Source of the DNA: Caldisphaera sp.
Lineage (GTDB): Archaea; Thermoproteota; Thermoprotei_A; Sulfolobales; Acidilobaceae
Direction: 5' to 3'
DNA: 29,767 bases
NCBI GenBank assembly: GCA_049971805.1
Contig: JBMFKU010000017.1
Coordinates: 1 to 29,767, forward strand
This document shows positions 18,107-28,385 of the stretch, piece by piece. The notes under the pieces are model-generated. The model did no database searches and had not been told where the DNA came from. It saw nothing but the letters and a program-made list of their open reading frames with translations. How positions within the stretch are numbered: the first letter of the stretch is position 1; every line of letters starts with the position of its first letter. A program made the position numbers and the translations under genes.

Positions 18107-19003
18107 ATGGAAGGTCAGAGGGCTCCACAGAAAAAAGAAAGCGAACACATAGCAGCATTAGAAATGGAAGCTATAGTTCTGGATTTTATGGATAATGGCT
18201 ATTATATGGATCCACACCCGTGGCACAGAGAAAAACCAATTGCTCAGGCAATTGGAATTAGAAAATTTAACTTATTAGATGGCATGCCTTTATATAAAAA
18301 AGTAGAACTGATGGAAAGAGTAGCTTTAGCCAGAGAAACATTAAAAACAATATCAGAACCTCTAGATCCTATGGCTAAAAGATTCAGAAATTTCGATATA
18401 TTACTTGCATGCATACCTGGCGCAGACAAAAAAATTTATTGCACTACAATAGAAGAAGTTTCCCCCAGAATAGCTGATCTTATAGAAATAGGATTGTCAG
18501 AACCAAGCAGCAATATTGTATTTATTAGAAAGCCCTCTGATCTGTCTAAGATTTCTAAAGAAAAGGGATTGTCAGAAAAAATATTAGTTACTCCAAGAAC
18601 TCCAATATCATATAAAGATCTAACAGAAATTGCTAAAAGAAATCTTCCCGAGGCAATAAGATCTATCATAAAAATTAATGAAAAAGCTTTTGTGGAATTT
18701 TTTAATATAGCAGAACCAATCAATATAAGGCTTCATGCAATCGAGTTACTTAAAGGTGTTGGCAAGAAAAATTTAAAGAATTTAATTAATGCAAGAAATA
18801 CTAAAAAATTTGAAAGTTTTGATGAAATTAAAAAAATATTAAAAGTAGATCCTGTTGAAATACTTGCCGATAAAATAATTGAAGAAATATCTGGGGAACC
18901 AAAATATTATCTGTTTGTAGAACCCAAGAACTTTAATGCTTCCTATTTAAATTACTTGGATATAGCAAGAAAAAGTCTGTATCAAAAAAGTAAGCAACAA
19001 TGA
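18107..19003 (+). CDS. DUF655 family putative RNA-binding protein (long form)
   Basis: VLDFMDNGY, AQAIG...F.LL, FFNIAEPINIRLHAIELLKGVGKK (HhH), KYYLFV; upstream of ksgA. Confidence 0.9.
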   Translation: MEGQRAPQKKESEHIAALEMEAIVLDFMDNGYYMDPHPWHREKPIAQAIGIRKFNLLDGMPLYKKVELMERVALARETLKTISEPLDPMAKRFRNFDILLACIPGADKKIYCTTIEEVSPRIADLIEIGLSEPSSNIVFIRKPSDLSKISKEKGLSEKILVTPRTPISYKDLTEIAKRNLPEAIRSIIKINEKAFVEFFNIAEPINIRLHAIELLKGVGKKNLKNLINARNTKKFESFDEIKKILKVDPVEILADKIIEEISGEPKYYLFVEPKNFNASYLNYLDIARKSLYQKSKQQ

Positions 19004-19139
19004 GAGGGCAACATTTGAAATTTTCATTAAATTTTATAATTAGTATTAACTTTTATTTAACTTCTTTTAACATCCCAAAAATGATAAAAATTAATATTCT
19101 ATTAACTATTATTTTCTTTAAAGATCTGTTAAGCTAAAG

Positions 19140-19949
19140 GTGTATATAATGAGTTATATCTATGATAAAAATTTTTTTGATATATGCAAAAAATTAAATA
19201 AAAAAATTTTACTAAAACCTATTAAAAAGTTTTCTCAAAATTTTCTATTTAATTGCAATTCAATTAAATTATTTTACGATTCTCTTTTAGATTATAGGAA
19301 TTATGACTTTTTAGAAATAGGAGCTGGTTACGGCTCTATAACAATTCCAATTTCTACTTTGGCTAAAAGAATCATTGCTCTAGAAATAGATAGAAGACTT
19401 TTATTTATAAAAAAGTATTTACCAAAAAATGTTGAGCTAGTTGTTTCAGATGGATTGGAATTTGTTAAATCAAACAGAATCCCAATACTAGTTTCAAATG
19501 TTCCATACAGTATGACATCAAACTTAATAATCAATATAGCAAAAAACAATAATATATTATACTCAGTTTTAGGAATTCAAAAAGAGGTTGCCGATAGATT
19601 AATATCAACTCCTGGATCCGAAAATTACAGCAGATTAAGTGTAATAATGCAACTACTATTTTCAATAAAATCTGTAGGAATTATATCATCAAGAGATTAT
19701 TTTCCAAAGCCTGATGTAGATAGCACAGTAATAACTTTAACTAGAACTAAAAATTGGGATGATGAGTTAGAAATTCTAGAAAAATTCACATCTTGCATAT
19801 TTTCTCAAAAAAATAAAAAGGCTAATAAAATTATTAAAGCCTGTATAGAAAACATGGGCCTAAGACCTAATTATGATAAAGTTAATTTAAGTGACAAAAG
19901 GGTGAGAGAATTAACACCAAAGGAAATAATAACAATGATAAAATGGTAG
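19140..19949 (+). CDS. ksgA: 16S rRNA adenine dimethyltransferase KsgA/RsmA/Dim1
   Basis: KKFSQNFL, LEIGAGYG, VSNVPYS, QKEVADRL, YSRLSV, FPKPDVDS. Confidence 0.95.
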   Translation: MYIMSYIYDKNFFDICKKLNKKILLKPIKKFSQNFLFNCNSIKLFYDSLLDYRNYDFLEIGAGYGSITIPISTLAKRIIALEIDRRLLFIKKYLPKNVELVVSDGLEFVKSNRIPILVSNVPYSMTSNLIINIAKNNNILYSVLGIQKEVADRLISTPGSENYSRLSVIMQLLFSIKSVGIISSRDYFPKPDVDSTVITLTRTKNWDDELEILEKFTSCIFSQKNKKANKIIKACIENMGLRPNYDKVNLSDKRVRELTPKEIITMIKW

Positions 19950-20536
19950 AGGATACTATATTTAGTGATATCGGAGAAATTATTTTTTTAAAAAGCAACA
20001 AAGTTTATCAACCATCTGATGATACGCTGTTGATTATAAAATCTATGAAAGCCATAAAATCTAGAGGATATTCCTTTAATAAAATAATAGAAATAGGGTC
20101 AGGAACAGGTATTTTATCTTTAGCAGCAAACAAACTATTTTCTCCAACTATTTTGGTATCTGTAGACATATCTCCATTTGCCGTTAAAAACACATACCTA
20201 AATTTAAACAACAAAGCACTAGTAATAAGATGCGATGGAAGTAATTGCGTTAAGCCATACTTTGACCTAGCTATTATCAATCCACCATATCTTCCGTCTC
20301 ACGATAAATTAAATAAAAATGATTATTGGTTGATAAAATCATGGGAAGAGAAAAATAACCATAGAAAGATGTGTCTTTCCTCTATTGCAGCTAAGAGCAT
20401 TATAATATTAAAATCCAGCTTATCAAAATTTAATCAGGATAAATGCTTAAAAAAGCTAGGATTTAATAAAAAAGAAACCGTTTCTACAATGCCTTTGTTT
20501 ATGGAAAAAATAGAAGTTAACTATTGGATTAAATAA
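19943..20536 (+). CDS. HemK2/Mtq2-like class I methyltransferase
   Basis: VYQPSDDTLL, EIGSGTG, NPPY motif; overlaps ksgA. Confidence 0.88.
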   Translation: MVEDTIFSDIGEIIFLKSNKVYQPSDDTLLIIKSMKAIKSRGYSFNKIIEIGSGTGILSLAANKLFSPTILVSVDISPFAVKNTYLNLNNKALVIRCDGSNCVKPYFDLAIINPPYLPSHDKLNKNDYWLIKSWEEKNNHRKMCLSSIAAKSIIILKSSLSKFNQDKCLKKLGFNKKETVSTMPLFMEKIEVNYWIK

Positions 20537-20558
20537 TTTTAAAAAATTAAAATAAACA

Positions 20559-20572
20559 GAAAGATTTATATA
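20559..20572 (+). promoter_or_regulatory. BRE-TATA promoter of the thermosome gene
   Basis: GAAAGA-TTTATATA about 55 nt upstream of the ATG; SD AGGTGA near the start. Confidence 0.7.
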
Positions 20573-20625
20573 GAAGCTAGCCTACATAAGAATCACGGCA
20601 GTTGATTAGGTAAGGTGAAAGAGAT

Positions 20626-22293
20626 ATGTCAACACCTATAGAAAATATGGGAGTACCTGTTATAATACTTAAAGAAGGTACTGAAAGGTCTTATGGTAAA
20701 GAAGCGGTTAGAAATAATATAATGGCAGCAAGAGCTATTTCAGAGATATTAAAAACAACCTATGGTCCAAAGGGTATGGATAAAATGCTTGTCGATAGTT
20801 TGGGAGACGTTACAATAACAAACGATGGTGCAACCATTTTAGATAAGATGGATCTACAGCATCCCGCAGGAAAAATGTTAGTCCAAGTAGCTAAGGGTCA
20901 AGATGAAGAGGCTGGAGATGGAACTAAGACTTCAGTTATATTTGCAGGTGAATTGCTTAAGGAAGCAGAAAATTTATTGGATAAAAACATACATCCCACT
21001 ATAATAATTAATGGATATAAGACTGCATTACAAAAAGCTATTGAAATACTCAACAAAATAGCTGAACCAGTATCAATAGATGATAAGGAAAAATTAATAT
21101 TGGTTGCTAAAACAAGTTTAAGCAGCAAAGCTGTTTCAGAGGCCAAGGATCACTTCTCTAGGATAGCAGTTGATGCTGTAAGAGCAATAGCAGAGCAAAG
21201 AGGAAATTCATGGGTTGTAGATATCAACAACATACAAATAGTTAAAAAATATGGGGGTAGCTTACAAGATACACAACTAATAAATGGTATTGTAATTGAT
21301 AAAGAAGTAGTTCATCCAGATATGCCAAAGCAAGTTAAAAATGCTAAGATAGCTTTATTGGATGCATCTCTAGAAATAGAAAAGCCAGAGCTAGATATGG
21401 AAATAAGCTTATCATCTCCAGAATCAATGAAGAAACTATTAGACAAACAAGAAAAAATGCTATCAGAAAAAGTCGAAAAAATAGCAGCAACTGGTGCCAA
21501 TGTAGTAATTACACAGAAGGGAATTGATGATGTTGCCCAACACTTCCTAGCAAAGAAGGGTATATTAGCAGCTAGGAGAGTAAAGAGAAGCGATATTGAA
21601 AAAATTGCTAAGGCAACTGGTGCTAGAATAGTTACCAATTTAGATGATCTTAAGCCAGAAGACTTAGGATTTGCAGGAAATGTTGAAGAAAGAAAAATAG
21701 GAGAAGATAAAATGATATTTATAGAAGAAGCTAAGAATCCGAAGAGTGTAACAATATTGATACGTGGTGGGTTCGAAAGATTAGTTGAAGAAGCTGATAG
21801 AGCTATTCATGATGCTCTAAGTGCTGTGGCAGATGCTATTACAGATAGTAAATTGGTTGCAGGCGGTGGAGCCGCTGAAGAAGAACTAGCTAAAGAATTA
21901 AGAGAATGGTCCAGGAATGTACCAGGCAAAACACAAATAGCTGTAGAATCTTTTATAAAATCAATAGAAGCTTTGCCTCAGACATTAGCATTTAATGCAG
22001 GGCATGACCCAATAGAAATGCTAATGAAGCTAAGAAGTGCTCATTCAGATAGCTCAAAGAAATGGTACGGTATAGAAATAGAAACCGGAAACATAGTTGA
22101 TCTATGGTCAAAAGGAGTAATAGAACCAATGAGAGTAAAAGCCAATGCACTTAAGGCAGGAACAGATGCAGCTGGATTAATATTAAGAATAGACGATATG
22201 ATAGCAGCAAAGAAGGGCGGAGGAGTAGGAGGAAAAGGACCAAGCGGTAAATCATCAGAGGAAGAATCGGGCAAAGAATCTAGCAGCGATTAA
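20626..22293 (+). CDS. thsB: Thermosome (group II chaperonin), crenarchaeal beta type
   Basis: [20 protein letters not shown]; [13 protein letters not shown] and the PVIILKEG N-terminus resemble crenarchaeal beta subunits. Confidence 0.93.
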   Translation: MSTPIENMGVPVIILKEGTERSYGKEAVRNNIMAARAISEILKTTYGPKGMDKMLVDSLGDVTITNDGATILDKMDLQHPAGKMLVQVAKGQDEEAGDGTKTSVIFAGELLKEAENLLDKNIHPTIIINGYKTALQKAIEILNKIAEPVSIDDKEKLILVAKTSLSSKAVSEAKDHFSRIAVDAVRAIAEQRGNSWVVDINNIQIVKKYGGSLQDTQLINGIVIDKEVVHPDMPKQVKNAKIALLDASLEIEKPELDMEISLSSPESMKKLLDKQEKMLSEKVEKIAATGANVVITQKGIDDVAQHFLAKKGILAARRVKRSDIEKIAKATGARIVTNLDDLKPEDLGFAGNVEERKIGEDKMIFIEEAKNPKSVTILIRGGFERLVEEADRAIHDALSAVADAITDSKLVAGGGAAEEELAKELREWSRNVPGKTQIAVESFIKSIEALPQTLAFNAGHDPIEMLMKLRSAHSDSSKKWYGIEIETGNIVDLWSKGVIEPMRVKANALKAGTDAAGLILRIDDMIAAKKGGGVGGKGPSGKSSEEESGKESSSD

Positions 22294-22304
22294 ACTTAAA
22301 TAAA

Positions 22305-22340
22305 TTTTCTAATCCATTTTTTATTTCTGTTTTTATCTTA
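22305..22340 (+). terminator. Possible oligo-T terminator after thsB
   Basis: Several T runs (TTTT, TTTTTT, TTTTT) directly after the stop codon. Confidence 0.45.
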
Positions 22341-22358
22341 TATTTTTGGGCCTTAAAT

Positions 22359-23414
22359 ATGATTAGTGGTCATTCGATAGATTTACCTCAAAGAATCATA
22401 ATAGGTGAAAATATCTTATACAACATAGGAAATCAGGTATCTGAATTGTTTAGTAAAGGTAAATCAATTTTAATACTTACTGGACCTAATGTTTATCCTA
22501 AATATTATGGCAAGATTAAGGAGAGCTTAGAAGATAAAGGGTTTTCGGTATCTTACGTAATAACAGGTAGTCCAACAGTAGATTATGCTAAAAGTTTATC
22601 GGAAGAAGTTTCTAAGGATAAGTTTGATATATTGTTAGGTCTAGGTGGGGGAAGAAGCATTGATTTAACAAAATATGTCGCAATGAGTTTAGAAAAAAAC
22701 TTTATTAGCATACCAACAGCAGCAAGCCATGATGGAATAACAAGTCCTTTCGTTACATTAAGAGGCTTTGATAGATTTCATTCTAAGCCAGCAAAACCAC
22801 CAAAGCTAATCTTAATTGATATAAATATTATATTATCTGCTCCAAAAAGATATAATGCTGCAGGTTTTGGAGATTTGATAGGAAAGTATACATCAGTATT
22901 GGATTGGCGTTTAGCTCACAAATTAAAAGGAGAATATTATGCACAATATGCTGCCAGTCTAGCACTAATGAGTGCAAAGCATGTTAGCTTATATGCAAAA
23001 GAAATAGGATTAGGTAGTAAAGAAGGAATTAGGGTATTACTAGAAGCATTAGTAAGCAGTGGTGTAGCGATGTGTATTGCTGGTAGCTCAAGACCAGCTA
23101 GTGGGTCTGAGCATCTTTTTGCTCATGCATTAGAAATGATTAGTAAAAATCCGCCCTTGCATGGTGAAGCAGTTGGGGTTGGTACTATAATGATGTCATA
23201 TTTGCATGGAAAGAACTGGAAAAAAATAAGGAATTTATTGAAAACAGTTGGGGTTCCTACAAATGCTAAAGAATTAGGTGTTTCTGAAGAAGAAGTGATT
23301 GAATCTCTTATCAAATCTGTAAGCATTAGACCAGAAAGATATACGATTCTGGGGGATACAGGGCTAAATGAAAAAGCTGCAAAGGACTTGGCAAAAAGTA
23401 CTTTAGTTATTTGA
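22359..23414 (+). CDS. egsA: NAD(P)-dependent glycerol-1-phosphate dehydrogenase
   Basis: GLGGGRSID, PTAASHDGITSP, SSRPASGSEHLFAHAL, LHGEAVG, RPERYTIL. Confidence 0.97.
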   Translation: MISGHSIDLPQRIIIGENILYNIGNQVSELFSKGKSILILTGPNVYPKYYGKIKESLEDKGFSVSYVITGSPTVDYAKSLSEEVSKDKFDILLGLGGGRSIDLTKYVAMSLEKNFISIPTAASHDGITSPFVTLRGFDRFHSKPAKPPKLILIDINIILSAPKRYNAAGFGDLIGKYTSVLDWRLAHKLKGEYYAQYAASLALMSAKHVSLYAKEIGLGSKEGIRVLLEALVSSGVAMCIAGSSRPASGSEHLFAHALEMISKNPPLHGEAVGVGTIMMSYLHGKNWKKIRNLLKTVGVPTNAKELGVSEEEVIESLIKSVSIRPERYTILGDTGLNEKAAKDLAKSTLVI

Positions 23415-23543
23415 TTTTTAAATTTTAAAGTTTATGCGCATTTTATTATATAAATATAATTCATTACAAAAATAATATTATAAGATTTATTAGACATAAA
23501 AATTAAAACTCGTGAAAACCACCAAATTATTGGTGAAAATGGA

Positions 23544-24176
23544 TTGATGCCTTTTGATAAAGAAACGTCATTGAAGGCCTTTCATGGAACGACAACAGTT
23601 GGCTTTATAACAAAAGATGCAACCATTTTAGCAGCTGATAAAAGAGCTACAGCAGGTACATTAATTGCCAGTAGAACTGTTAAAAAAATTGTTAAAATAA
23701 CGGATTATGCAGCTATGACTATTGCTGGATTAGTAGCCGATGCCCAAATGTTAGCAGATGCTATAAGAGAAGAAGCTAGATTATATGAAACTACTAATAA
23801 AAGAAAATTAACGGTCAAAAGTATGGCAACTCTTTTAGCAAATGTTCTATTTTCAACAAAATATTATCCATACTTAGTTCAACTTATAATTGGGGGATAC
23901 GATACTGAACCAAGGCTCTATAATTTAGATTATTTTGGAAGCATTACTGAAGAGAAAATGACCTCTACAGGATCTGGGTCACCAGTAGCACTAGGGGTTC
24001 TAGAGAGAGAGTATAGACAAGATATGAGCCTGGAAGAAGCTATAAATTTAGCTGCAAAGGCTGTAAAGGTAGCCATTATGAGGGATTCGGCAACAGGAGA
24101 TGGTGTAGATGTAATAGCTATAACATCTAGCGGTATAAGAGAAAGTTTTATATCTCTCCAGCAACTCCTTTCTTAA
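23544..24176 (+). CDS. psmB: Proteasome beta subunit
   Basis: Short propeptide then G/TTTVG, AADKRAT, GLVADAQ, TGSGS, RDSATGDG. Confidence 0.97.
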   Translation: MMPFDKETSLKAFHGTTTVGFITKDATILAADKRATAGTLIASRTVKKIVKITDYAAMTIAGLVADAQMLADAIREEARLYETTNKRKLTVKSMATLLANVLFSTKYYPYLVQLIIGGYDTEPRLYNLDYFGSITEEKMTSTGSGSPVALGVLEREYRQDMSLEEAINLAAKAVKVAIMRDSATGDGVDVIAITSSGIRESFISLQQLLS

Positions 24177-24230
24177 AAGGATAAAAAAAGAAGCTTTTAG
24201 CAAAAATTTTATTTATCTCGGTGATTTGAT

Positions 24231-26246
24231 TTGGAAGAATCTAATCAAGAAAGATTAATATCTGGACAAAGGCTAAGATCAATAATAGTAAGCGAAATAC
24301 TAAAAAATGTAAAAGATGCAGAAATTTCTAGCATAGAATTTGAAGGACCAGAAATAGCAATCTATGTAAAAAATCCTCAATGGATATTAGAAGGAGAAGA
24401 GAAAATAAGAGAACTAGCTAAGCAACTAAGGAAAAGAATGGTGATAAGAACTGATCCAAAAGCAAGAAAGACTAGAGAAGCAACAATACAATATATAATG
24501 GAAAATGCTCCAGAGGAATCAGGTATTGCACCAAGTGATATACAGTTTGATGAGGTTCTAGGAGAAGTAAGGCTTTTTGCAGATAAGCCAGGAAAACTAC
24601 TAGGAAAAGGAAAATCCTTTAGAAATCAAGTATTAGCAGCTACCGGCTGGAGGCTTGAAGTTCAAAGAAAATCTCCATTAATAAGCAAAACATTAGCCTC
24701 TGTATTAGATCTATACATTAGATCATCTGCAGAAAGAAAAAAGGCTTTAAGAGAAATTGGAGAAAGAGTATATAGAGACATGATTATTGGCCCAAGAAAT
24801 ATAAGAGTTATTGGTTTGGGAAGTTTTGGAGAGGTGGGAAGATCATCAATATTAGTTGATACAGGAGAAAGCAAAATATTATTAGATGCAGGATTTGCAC
24901 AAAGCGGTTATGGCTCTGATGCATATCCTTTTTTTGATGCTCCAGAATTTAGACTTGAAGACTTAGATGCAATAGTTATATCTCACGCCCATATGGACCA
25001 TATGGGTCTTCTACCAATACTATATAAATATGGCTATCGTGGACCTGTTTATATGACTCCGCCAACTAGAGATATAACAGTTTTAATGCTTAAGGATTTT
25101 ATAGATCTATTTATAAGAGAAGGAAAAGATCCACCATTTACTATGAAAGATATAAATACAATGCTTACTAGAACGATAAGCGTTAATTATAATGTAGTAA
25201 CGGATCTATCTCCAGATGCAAAGCTTACATTTTCTGATGCAGGGCATATATTAGGTTCCGCTTTAACTCATATACATATTGGCCAAGGATTGTTTAATTT
25301 ACTTTACACAGGAGATATAAAATATTATAAATCTAAAGAAGAAGCAGAAACAACAAGATTGCAACCACCAGCAAATACTGAATTTCATAGAGTAGAAGCA
25401 TTAATAATGGAGACAACATACGGAAATACAGATACAGTTACTAGAGAAGAAGCAGAAAACCAGCTATTTGAACTAATAAAAAGGGTTTATGATAGAAAGG
25501 GTAAATTGCTCATCCCAGTAATGGCTGTCGGAAGAGCACAAGATATGATGGTATTGATAAATAAAGCACTACAAGATAAAAAAATACCTGAAATGCCAAT
25601 ATATATTGATGGCCTCATATACGAAGTTACTGCAATATACACATCATACCCAGAATTATTAGCAAAGCCAATAAGAGAACATATATTGCACGATGATCAA
25701 AACCCATTTATAGGACCGAATATGATATTCGTTAACGATTCAAACAAAAGGGATGAGGCAATATTTAGTGATGGACCAGCAATAATAATATCAACAAGCG
25801 GAATGATGGTGGGAGGTCCAATTCTAGAGTATTTTAAAAATCTAGCCGATAACCAAAATAATGCCCTAGCTTTTGTTAGTTACCAAGCATCAGGTACATT
25901 GGGAAGAAGAATAGTTGACGGTGAAAAAGAAATACAAATGATTGATGGAAATCAACTAAAAACAGTTAAAGTTAATCTAGAAGTTCAAAGAATTGAAGGA
26001 TTTTCTGGGCATGCAAATAGAAGTGAATTGCAGGCCTTCTTAAGAAATTTAACACCAAAGCCCAGAACCATAATATTAAATCATGGCGAACCAAGCCAAA
26101 CAGTTTCTTTTGCTTCGTTAATAAAACAAAAATGGGATAAACTGGGATTTGAATCAATGCCAGAAATAATTTTCCCCGAAAATTTAGAATCAATAAGAAT
26201 ATATCCTAGAAATGTAAAACTTCATTCTATCATAGAGTATGGTTAA
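24231..26246 (+). CDS. Beta-CASP ribonuclease aCPSF1 (FttA termination factor)
   Basis: N-terminal KH domains (EFEGPEIAIY), SHAHMDH, AGHILGSA, METTYG, GFSGHA, HGE; downstream of psmB as usual. Confidence 0.96.
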   Translation: MEESNQERLISGQRLRSIIVSEILKNVKDAEISSIEFEGPEIAIYVKNPQWILEGEEKIRELAKQLRKRMVIRTDPKARKTREATIQYIMENAPEESGIAPSDIQFDEVLGEVRLFADKPGKLLGKGKSFRNQVLAATGWRLEVQRKSPLISKTLASVLDLYIRSSAERKKALREIGERVYRDMIIGPRNIRVIGLGSFGEVGRSSILVDTGESKILLDAGFAQSGYGSDAYPFFDAPEFRLEDLDAIVISHAHMDHMGLLPILYKYGYRGPVYMTPPTRDITVLMLKDFIDLFIREGKDPPFTMKDINTMLTRTISVNYNVVTDLSPDAKLTFSDAGHILGSALTHIHIGQGLFNLLYTGDIKYYKSKEEAETTRLQPPANTEFHRVEALIMETTYGNTDTVTREEAENQLFELIKRVYDRKGKLLIPVMAVGRAQDMMVLINKALQDKKIPEMPIYIDGLIYEVTAIYTSYPELLAKPIREHILHDDQNPFIGPNMIFVNDSNKRDEAIFSDGPAIIISTSGMMVGGPILEYFKNLADNQNNALAFVSYQASGTLGRRIVDGEKEIQMIDGNQLKTVKVNLEVQRIEGFSGHANRSELQAFLRNLTPKPRTIILNHGEPSQTVSFASLIKQKWDKLGFESMPEIIFPENLESIRIYPRNVKLHSIIEYG

Positions 26247-26261
26247 AGGGATGAAAATTTA

Positions 26262-27500
26262 ATGGCAAGAATCCCTCCAGAGCTCTGCGCAAAATGTAAA
26301 GGTTATAAAAAGCTCTGTGGATTATCCAAATGCCCAATTTTAGAAGAGTTTAGAATCAAAGCAAATGTAACGACAAAAATAAGTAACAATTTTGCTAATG
26401 GCTCTACGCCTCCAAGCGGGTTAATTGGAGAGTATGGATATCCTAAAGTTTCTTTCCATTATATGGTTCCTCCTGGATTAAATGGGGAAGAAGCAAAATA
26501 TAGAGATAATCCAATACTATGGTCAATCAAAAAGGAATCCCTAGATAATATAATAAAAATGAGAGGTGAACTGATTTCAGCACTTTTAAGGGTTGATATA
26601 AATAGGCCTTGGGAGCTCTATCAAAGCGAAATAGGACTAGCAATTATATCGGAAAAACCTGTTAATAGTGAGATTATCTTAAAAAATATTCCAACACCCA
26701 GATTAACATTCGATGGTATAACTAAGCCCACTGGACCAACAGCACCAGCAGAAAAAATAATAGTTAGGGACAATCCAAAGTTAAGTCTTGCAATTGAAAA
26801 AATTATATGGGATGATATGAAAGCAGAATTGGCTGTATGGAAAACTTATAGTTCAGGAATTGACATCTATACAATTCAAAGCATGCTTAGCTTAGGCTTT
26901 TTGGGCAAACTAAGAAATAGAAGATTAGTTCCAACAAGGTGGTCTATAACTGCAACTGATGATATAATATCAAAAAAACTCAGAAAAATAATTTCTGATT
27001 TCAATGAAATAAGCGAACCTATGGTGTTCGAAGGTGAATATCTAAGTAATAGGTTTCTATTAACATTTATGCCTGGAGAAGGAAGCTTTGAATGGATAGA
27101 AATTTGGCATCCTCTATCTATTTGGACAAGATATGCTACAAAACCAATAATAAGTAAGGTAGAGGAAGATCCTCTTGGAAGGGTTTCCACTCTTGATGGT
27201 GGATTTTCAGCAGCAAGAGTTTCGGTGTTAGAGTTCCTGTATAGAATCAAAAGAAAAGCTGATGTCGTTATATTAAGAGAAATATTACCAACATACTATG
27301 CACCCGTTGGAAATTGGCATATTAGAGAAACTGTTAAAAACACATTATTAAAAAACCCGATTATTAAAACCAATGATTCAAACGAAATAATTTCATTTAT
27401 AACAAAGTGGCTTAAAACAAATCCCAACGATGTTATAAAGGAAAGCTATTTATTGAACTCTAAAAAGAAAAAGCTAACTGAATTCATGGATAATAAGTAG
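26262..27500 (+). CDS. nreA: Nre-family DNA repair protein (PCNA-interacting)
   Basis: CAKCKGYKKLCGLSKCP, GSTPPS, RRLVPTRWSITATDD, PVGNWHIRE; C-terminal PIP-like KKKLTEFM. Confidence 0.93.
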   Translation: MARIPPELCAKCKGYKKLCGLSKCPILEEFRIKANVTTKISNNFANGSTPPSGLIGEYGYPKVSFHYMVPPGLNGEEAKYRDNPILWSIKKESLDNIIKMRGELISALLRVDINRPWELYQSEIGLAIISEKPVNSEIILKNIPTPRLTFDGITKPTGPTAPAEKIIVRDNPKLSLAIEKIIWDDMKAELAVWKTYSSGIDIYTIQSMLSLGFLGKLRNRRLVPTRWSITATDDIISKKLRKIISDFNEISEPMVFEGEYLSNRFLLTFMPGEGSFEWIEIWHPLSIWTRYATKPIISKVEEDPLGRVSTLDGGFSAARVSVLEFLYRIKRKADVVILREILPTYYAPVGNWHIRETVKNTLLKNPIIKTNDSNEIISFITKWLKTNPNDVIKESYLLNSKKKKLTEFMDNK

Positions 27501-27600
27501 TTAATTAATTAACTAATTTCAAAGGAATCTTTGTATTCTAAGTGAAAGCATAAAAATAATTATAAATATAATACCCTGTGAATTTCTCCTTGCACTAAAG

Positions 27601-27639
27601 AGTAAGGTTTGTTGTTTTTTATAACAAAACCCTTGTACT
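27601..27639. promoter_or_regulatory. Imperfect inverted repeat overlapping a TATA-like box
   Basis: AAGG-TTTGTTGT-ttttt-ATAACAAA-ac-CCTT; TTTTATAA at 27617-24; upstream of the ORF at 27674. Confidence 0.45.
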
Positions 27640-27673
27640 AGTTAATAACTTTTGTTTCTTAACTTATTGTAAG

Positions 27674-27910
27674 GTGATAGGTGTGTCAAAAGAGTCCCCA
27701 GAAAAAATAATTTTTCCAGAAATCTATGCTCTAAGTTATAGACCGAAATCAGATTGTGAATTCTTCGATATAATAGAAAAGCAAGACAGCTATTTTGCCA
27801 AATGCAAATTCTTAGATTCATTAATAACAAAAAGTAAAGCCAGTAAATGTGAAAAAGATTATAAAAACTGCCCTTATAGAAAGCTTGGATTAAAAATACA
27901 GCAAAGCTAA
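27674..27910 (+). CDS. Small four-Cys hypothetical protein
   Basis: 78 aa with CEFF...AKCK...KCEK...NCPY; SD-like AGGTGA around the start (GTG at 27674 or 27682). Confidence 0.75.
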   Translation: MIGVSKESPEKIIFPEIYALSYRPKSDCEFFDIIEKQDSYFAKCKFLDSLITKSKASKCEKDYKNCPYRKLGLKIQQS

Positions 27911-28093
27911 TATATCTTAAAATAGATAATACAATGCTTCATAAATAATAAACCTAAAAATCTAACAAAGGTCTAATTCGTATCATTTATTTAAATTGTT
28001 AATGCTTTCCTTTAAATTCAATTTATAGCCATAGTTATCATTTCCAACAAATCGCAAAGCCTATATTAATTTAAATATTAAAATTATTATAAG

Positions 28094-28312
28094 CGATCTA
28101 CCTCAGGCGCATATGATCTCTCTAATAGGTACAAGGCTTTATTGCAATATGTACAGATTTAGTCTTTGCAATAAGCGACTGAGTTATCTGTTAAAGGAGC
28201 AGAGAAGGATAAAAATGCTGATCATCATAACTTTGGTGAAGCAAAATCTCAAGTATATCTTTCTTTAGCACAACAGAAAACATTTATTGCTTTAAAATAC
28301 TCTTCAATATGA
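28094..28312 (+). pseudogene. Possible decayed HEPN-domain gene
   Basis: One frame reads ...VQI*SLQ*ATELSVKGA...DHHNFGE, resembling the HEPN xQQAxELxLKA and THxL motifs; two in-frame stops. Confidence 0.3.
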
Positions 28313-28385
28313 GATCTTATAAATCTATACTCATTTAAACGAAAAGCATTTTAGTTCTTTTGTTTTTAATTAAAAACGAGAGCTT

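Noticed and set aside
20581-20615. RNA-thermometer hairpin in the thsB leader (AATCA/TGATT)
   Set aside because: Only 5 bp, does not cover the SD, and its 5' arm probably lies at or before the start site.
27642-27830. 62-aa minus-strand ORF
   Set aside because: Overlaps the better-supported plus-strand four-Cys ORF.
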